NCBI GenBank assembly: GCA_965197525.1
Contig: OZ240211.1
Location: forward strand, 1,824,001-1,888,000
Source of the DNA: Nitrosopumilus sp.
Lineage (GTDB): Archaea; Thermoproteota; Nitrososphaeria; Nitrososphaerales; Nitrosopumilaceae
Length of the DNA: 64,000 bases
Direction of reading: 5' to 3'
The translations under genes were made by a program, and so were the position numbers. Under the pieces are notes generated by a model, which was not told the DNA's origin, made no database searches, and saw nothing but the letters and a program-made list of their open reading frames with translations. This document shows, one piece after another, positions 62,655-64,000 of the stretch; positions within the stretch are counted from its first letter, which is position 1; the number at the start of each line of letters is the position of its first letter.

Positions 62655-64000
62655 TCATAAATTCTGAATATAGTCTAAAATCAGTCTGACTCCAAAACCA
62701 GTAGCTCCACTGGGATTGTATGATTTCTGAGTTGTTGCTGACTGTGTCCATGCAACTCCTGCAATATCGACGTGCACCCATGGTGTTTTTTCAACAGCGT
62801 TTCTCAAGAATGCAGCAGCAGTAATGGTTCCTGCCGCTCGTCCCATTCCGAGGTTTTTCATATCTGCAACATCTGATTTTATCATATTTCTGTAATCCTG
62901 AGTTAGAGGGAGTTCCCATACTTGTTCTGTGGTTCTCTTCGATGCCTCTGTAATTTTTTTGGTCAATCTTTCATCATTTGATACAATTGCAGCAATGTCA
63001 TTTCCTAACGCTATGATGCACGCACCAGTTAATGTGGCAAAATCAATTATTGCTTTTGGAGCGTAATGCTTCTCACCGTATGCTAGTGCATCAGCTAGAA
63101 TTAGTCTCCCTTCAGCGTCAGTATTTAGTATCTCAGCTGTCTTTCCACTGTATAATTTTATAATGTCTCCGGGTCTGTATGACTCTCCACTTGGCATGTT
63201 CTCCACTGATGGAACAATTCCTACCATGTTGATGGGCAGTCTCAATTCTGAGACTGCCTTCATTATTCCAAGCACTGTGCATCCCCCGCATTTATCAAAC
63301 TTCATCTCATCCATCTTTTCTCCCGGTTTTAGTGATATTCCACCGGTGTCAAACGTTACTGCCTTGCCTACGACAACTATTGGTTTTGCATCCTTTGGTC
63401 CATGGTTGTGCTCTAGTATTATCAGCTTTGACTCGTTTTTACTCCCTTGCCCTACTGCTGAAATTCCTCCAAAACCCTTCTTCTTTAATTCTGGCTCTGA
63501 GACGATGCGGCACGACATTGACTTGTTTTTTTTGGCGATATTTTTTGCAAAATTAGCTAATGTGCTAGGTGTGCATTGGTTTGGCGGTAAATTGGCAATA
63601 CTTTTTGTAAATATTGCACCGTCTGCAATGATCTCAGCTGCTCTTACTGTCTTCTCTGAAATGTCTTTTTCTTTGGAAGAAGAAGAAGAAGAAGAAGTCA
63701 CAATTGTTAGATCAGGCGACTTTTCAATCTTTTCAGTCTTGAACTCTTCGAATTTGTATAGTGCCATCTTGCAGCCTTGTATAATTTGAGTTACTGCTAA
63801 ATCTTGTTGCGTGACAGTATCTGAAGGCACAACTATGGTAAAATCTTTTAATTTTAACTCTCTTGCTTTTTGTGCAATCTTTCCTGAGACATTCATTATA
63901 GTATCTCTTGTAATGTCTTTCTTTTTTCCTATCCCTGCAAGCAAAATTCTTTTGATGCGTCTTTCTTTAGGTGTAGGGATTATGCTCAGCGTTCCTAGCC
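62655..64000 (-). CDS. pepA: Leucyl aminopeptidase (M17), 5' part beyond the window
   Basis: GKAVTFDTGG, MKFDKCG and NTDAEGRL; frame open to the window end. Confidence 0.96.
   Translation of the reverse strand, partial: LGTLSIIPTPKERRIKRILLAGIGKKKDITRDTIMNVSGKIAQKARELKLKDFTIVVPSDTVTQQDLAVTQIIQGCKMALYKFEEFKTEKIEKSPDLTIVTSSSSSSSKEKDISEKTVRAAEIIADGAIFTKSIANLPPNQCTPSTLANFAKNIAKKNKSMSCRIVSEPELKKKGFGGISAVGQGSKNESKLIILEHNHGPKDAKPIVVVGKAVTFDTGGISLKPGEKMDEMKFDKCGGCTVLGIMKAVSELRLPINMVGIVPSVENMPSGESYRPGDIIKLYSGKTAEILNTDAEGRLILADALAYGEKHYAPKAIIDFATLTGACIIALGNDIAAIVSNDERLTKKITEASKRTTEQVWELPLTQDYRNMIKSDVADMKNLGMGRAAGTITAAAFLRNAVEKTPWVHVDIAGVAWTQSATTQKSYNPSGATGFGVRLILDYIQNL

Overview
Fragment of an ammonia-oxidising archaeon (Nitrosopumilaceae/Thaumarchaeota). 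The giant repeat adhesin, many IS scraps and microsatellite expansions suggest a host-associated lineage (inference). The window has three parts. (1) 255-25583 is an AT-rich ~25.3 kb genomic island bounded by a perfect 23-bp direct repeat (CTAAAACGATTGAATTATATACA) that contains the nuoA promoter, with a tyrosine integrase at the right end. It lies between a peroxiredoxin gene and nuoA. Cargo is mostly defence-like: a QatC/QueC-like enzyme with a QatB-like N-terminal-Gly partner and an ASCH protein, a ClpP-class protease, two TIR-like proteins, a TIGR02391/HEPN protein, a PIN-like protein, an EEP nuclease, an MTase-nuclease fusion plus a second MTase, an IS110 and several pseudogenes. (2) The complete complex I operon nuoABCDHIJKMLN is followed by a 3453-aa surface protein with a G12 tract at its 5' end. 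(3) Core genes (GGPP synthase, tRNA-Glu with T-loop intron, CADD/TenA, tRNA-Ile2, pyrE, M50 protease, Ard1, Trm5, ABCE1, 5S rRNA, pepA) with small accessory insertions. The best candidate for an undescribed system is the four-gene MGT-protein/helical protein/QatC/ASCH operon at 4176-6475. All calls come from motif recognition by eye; no searches were run.
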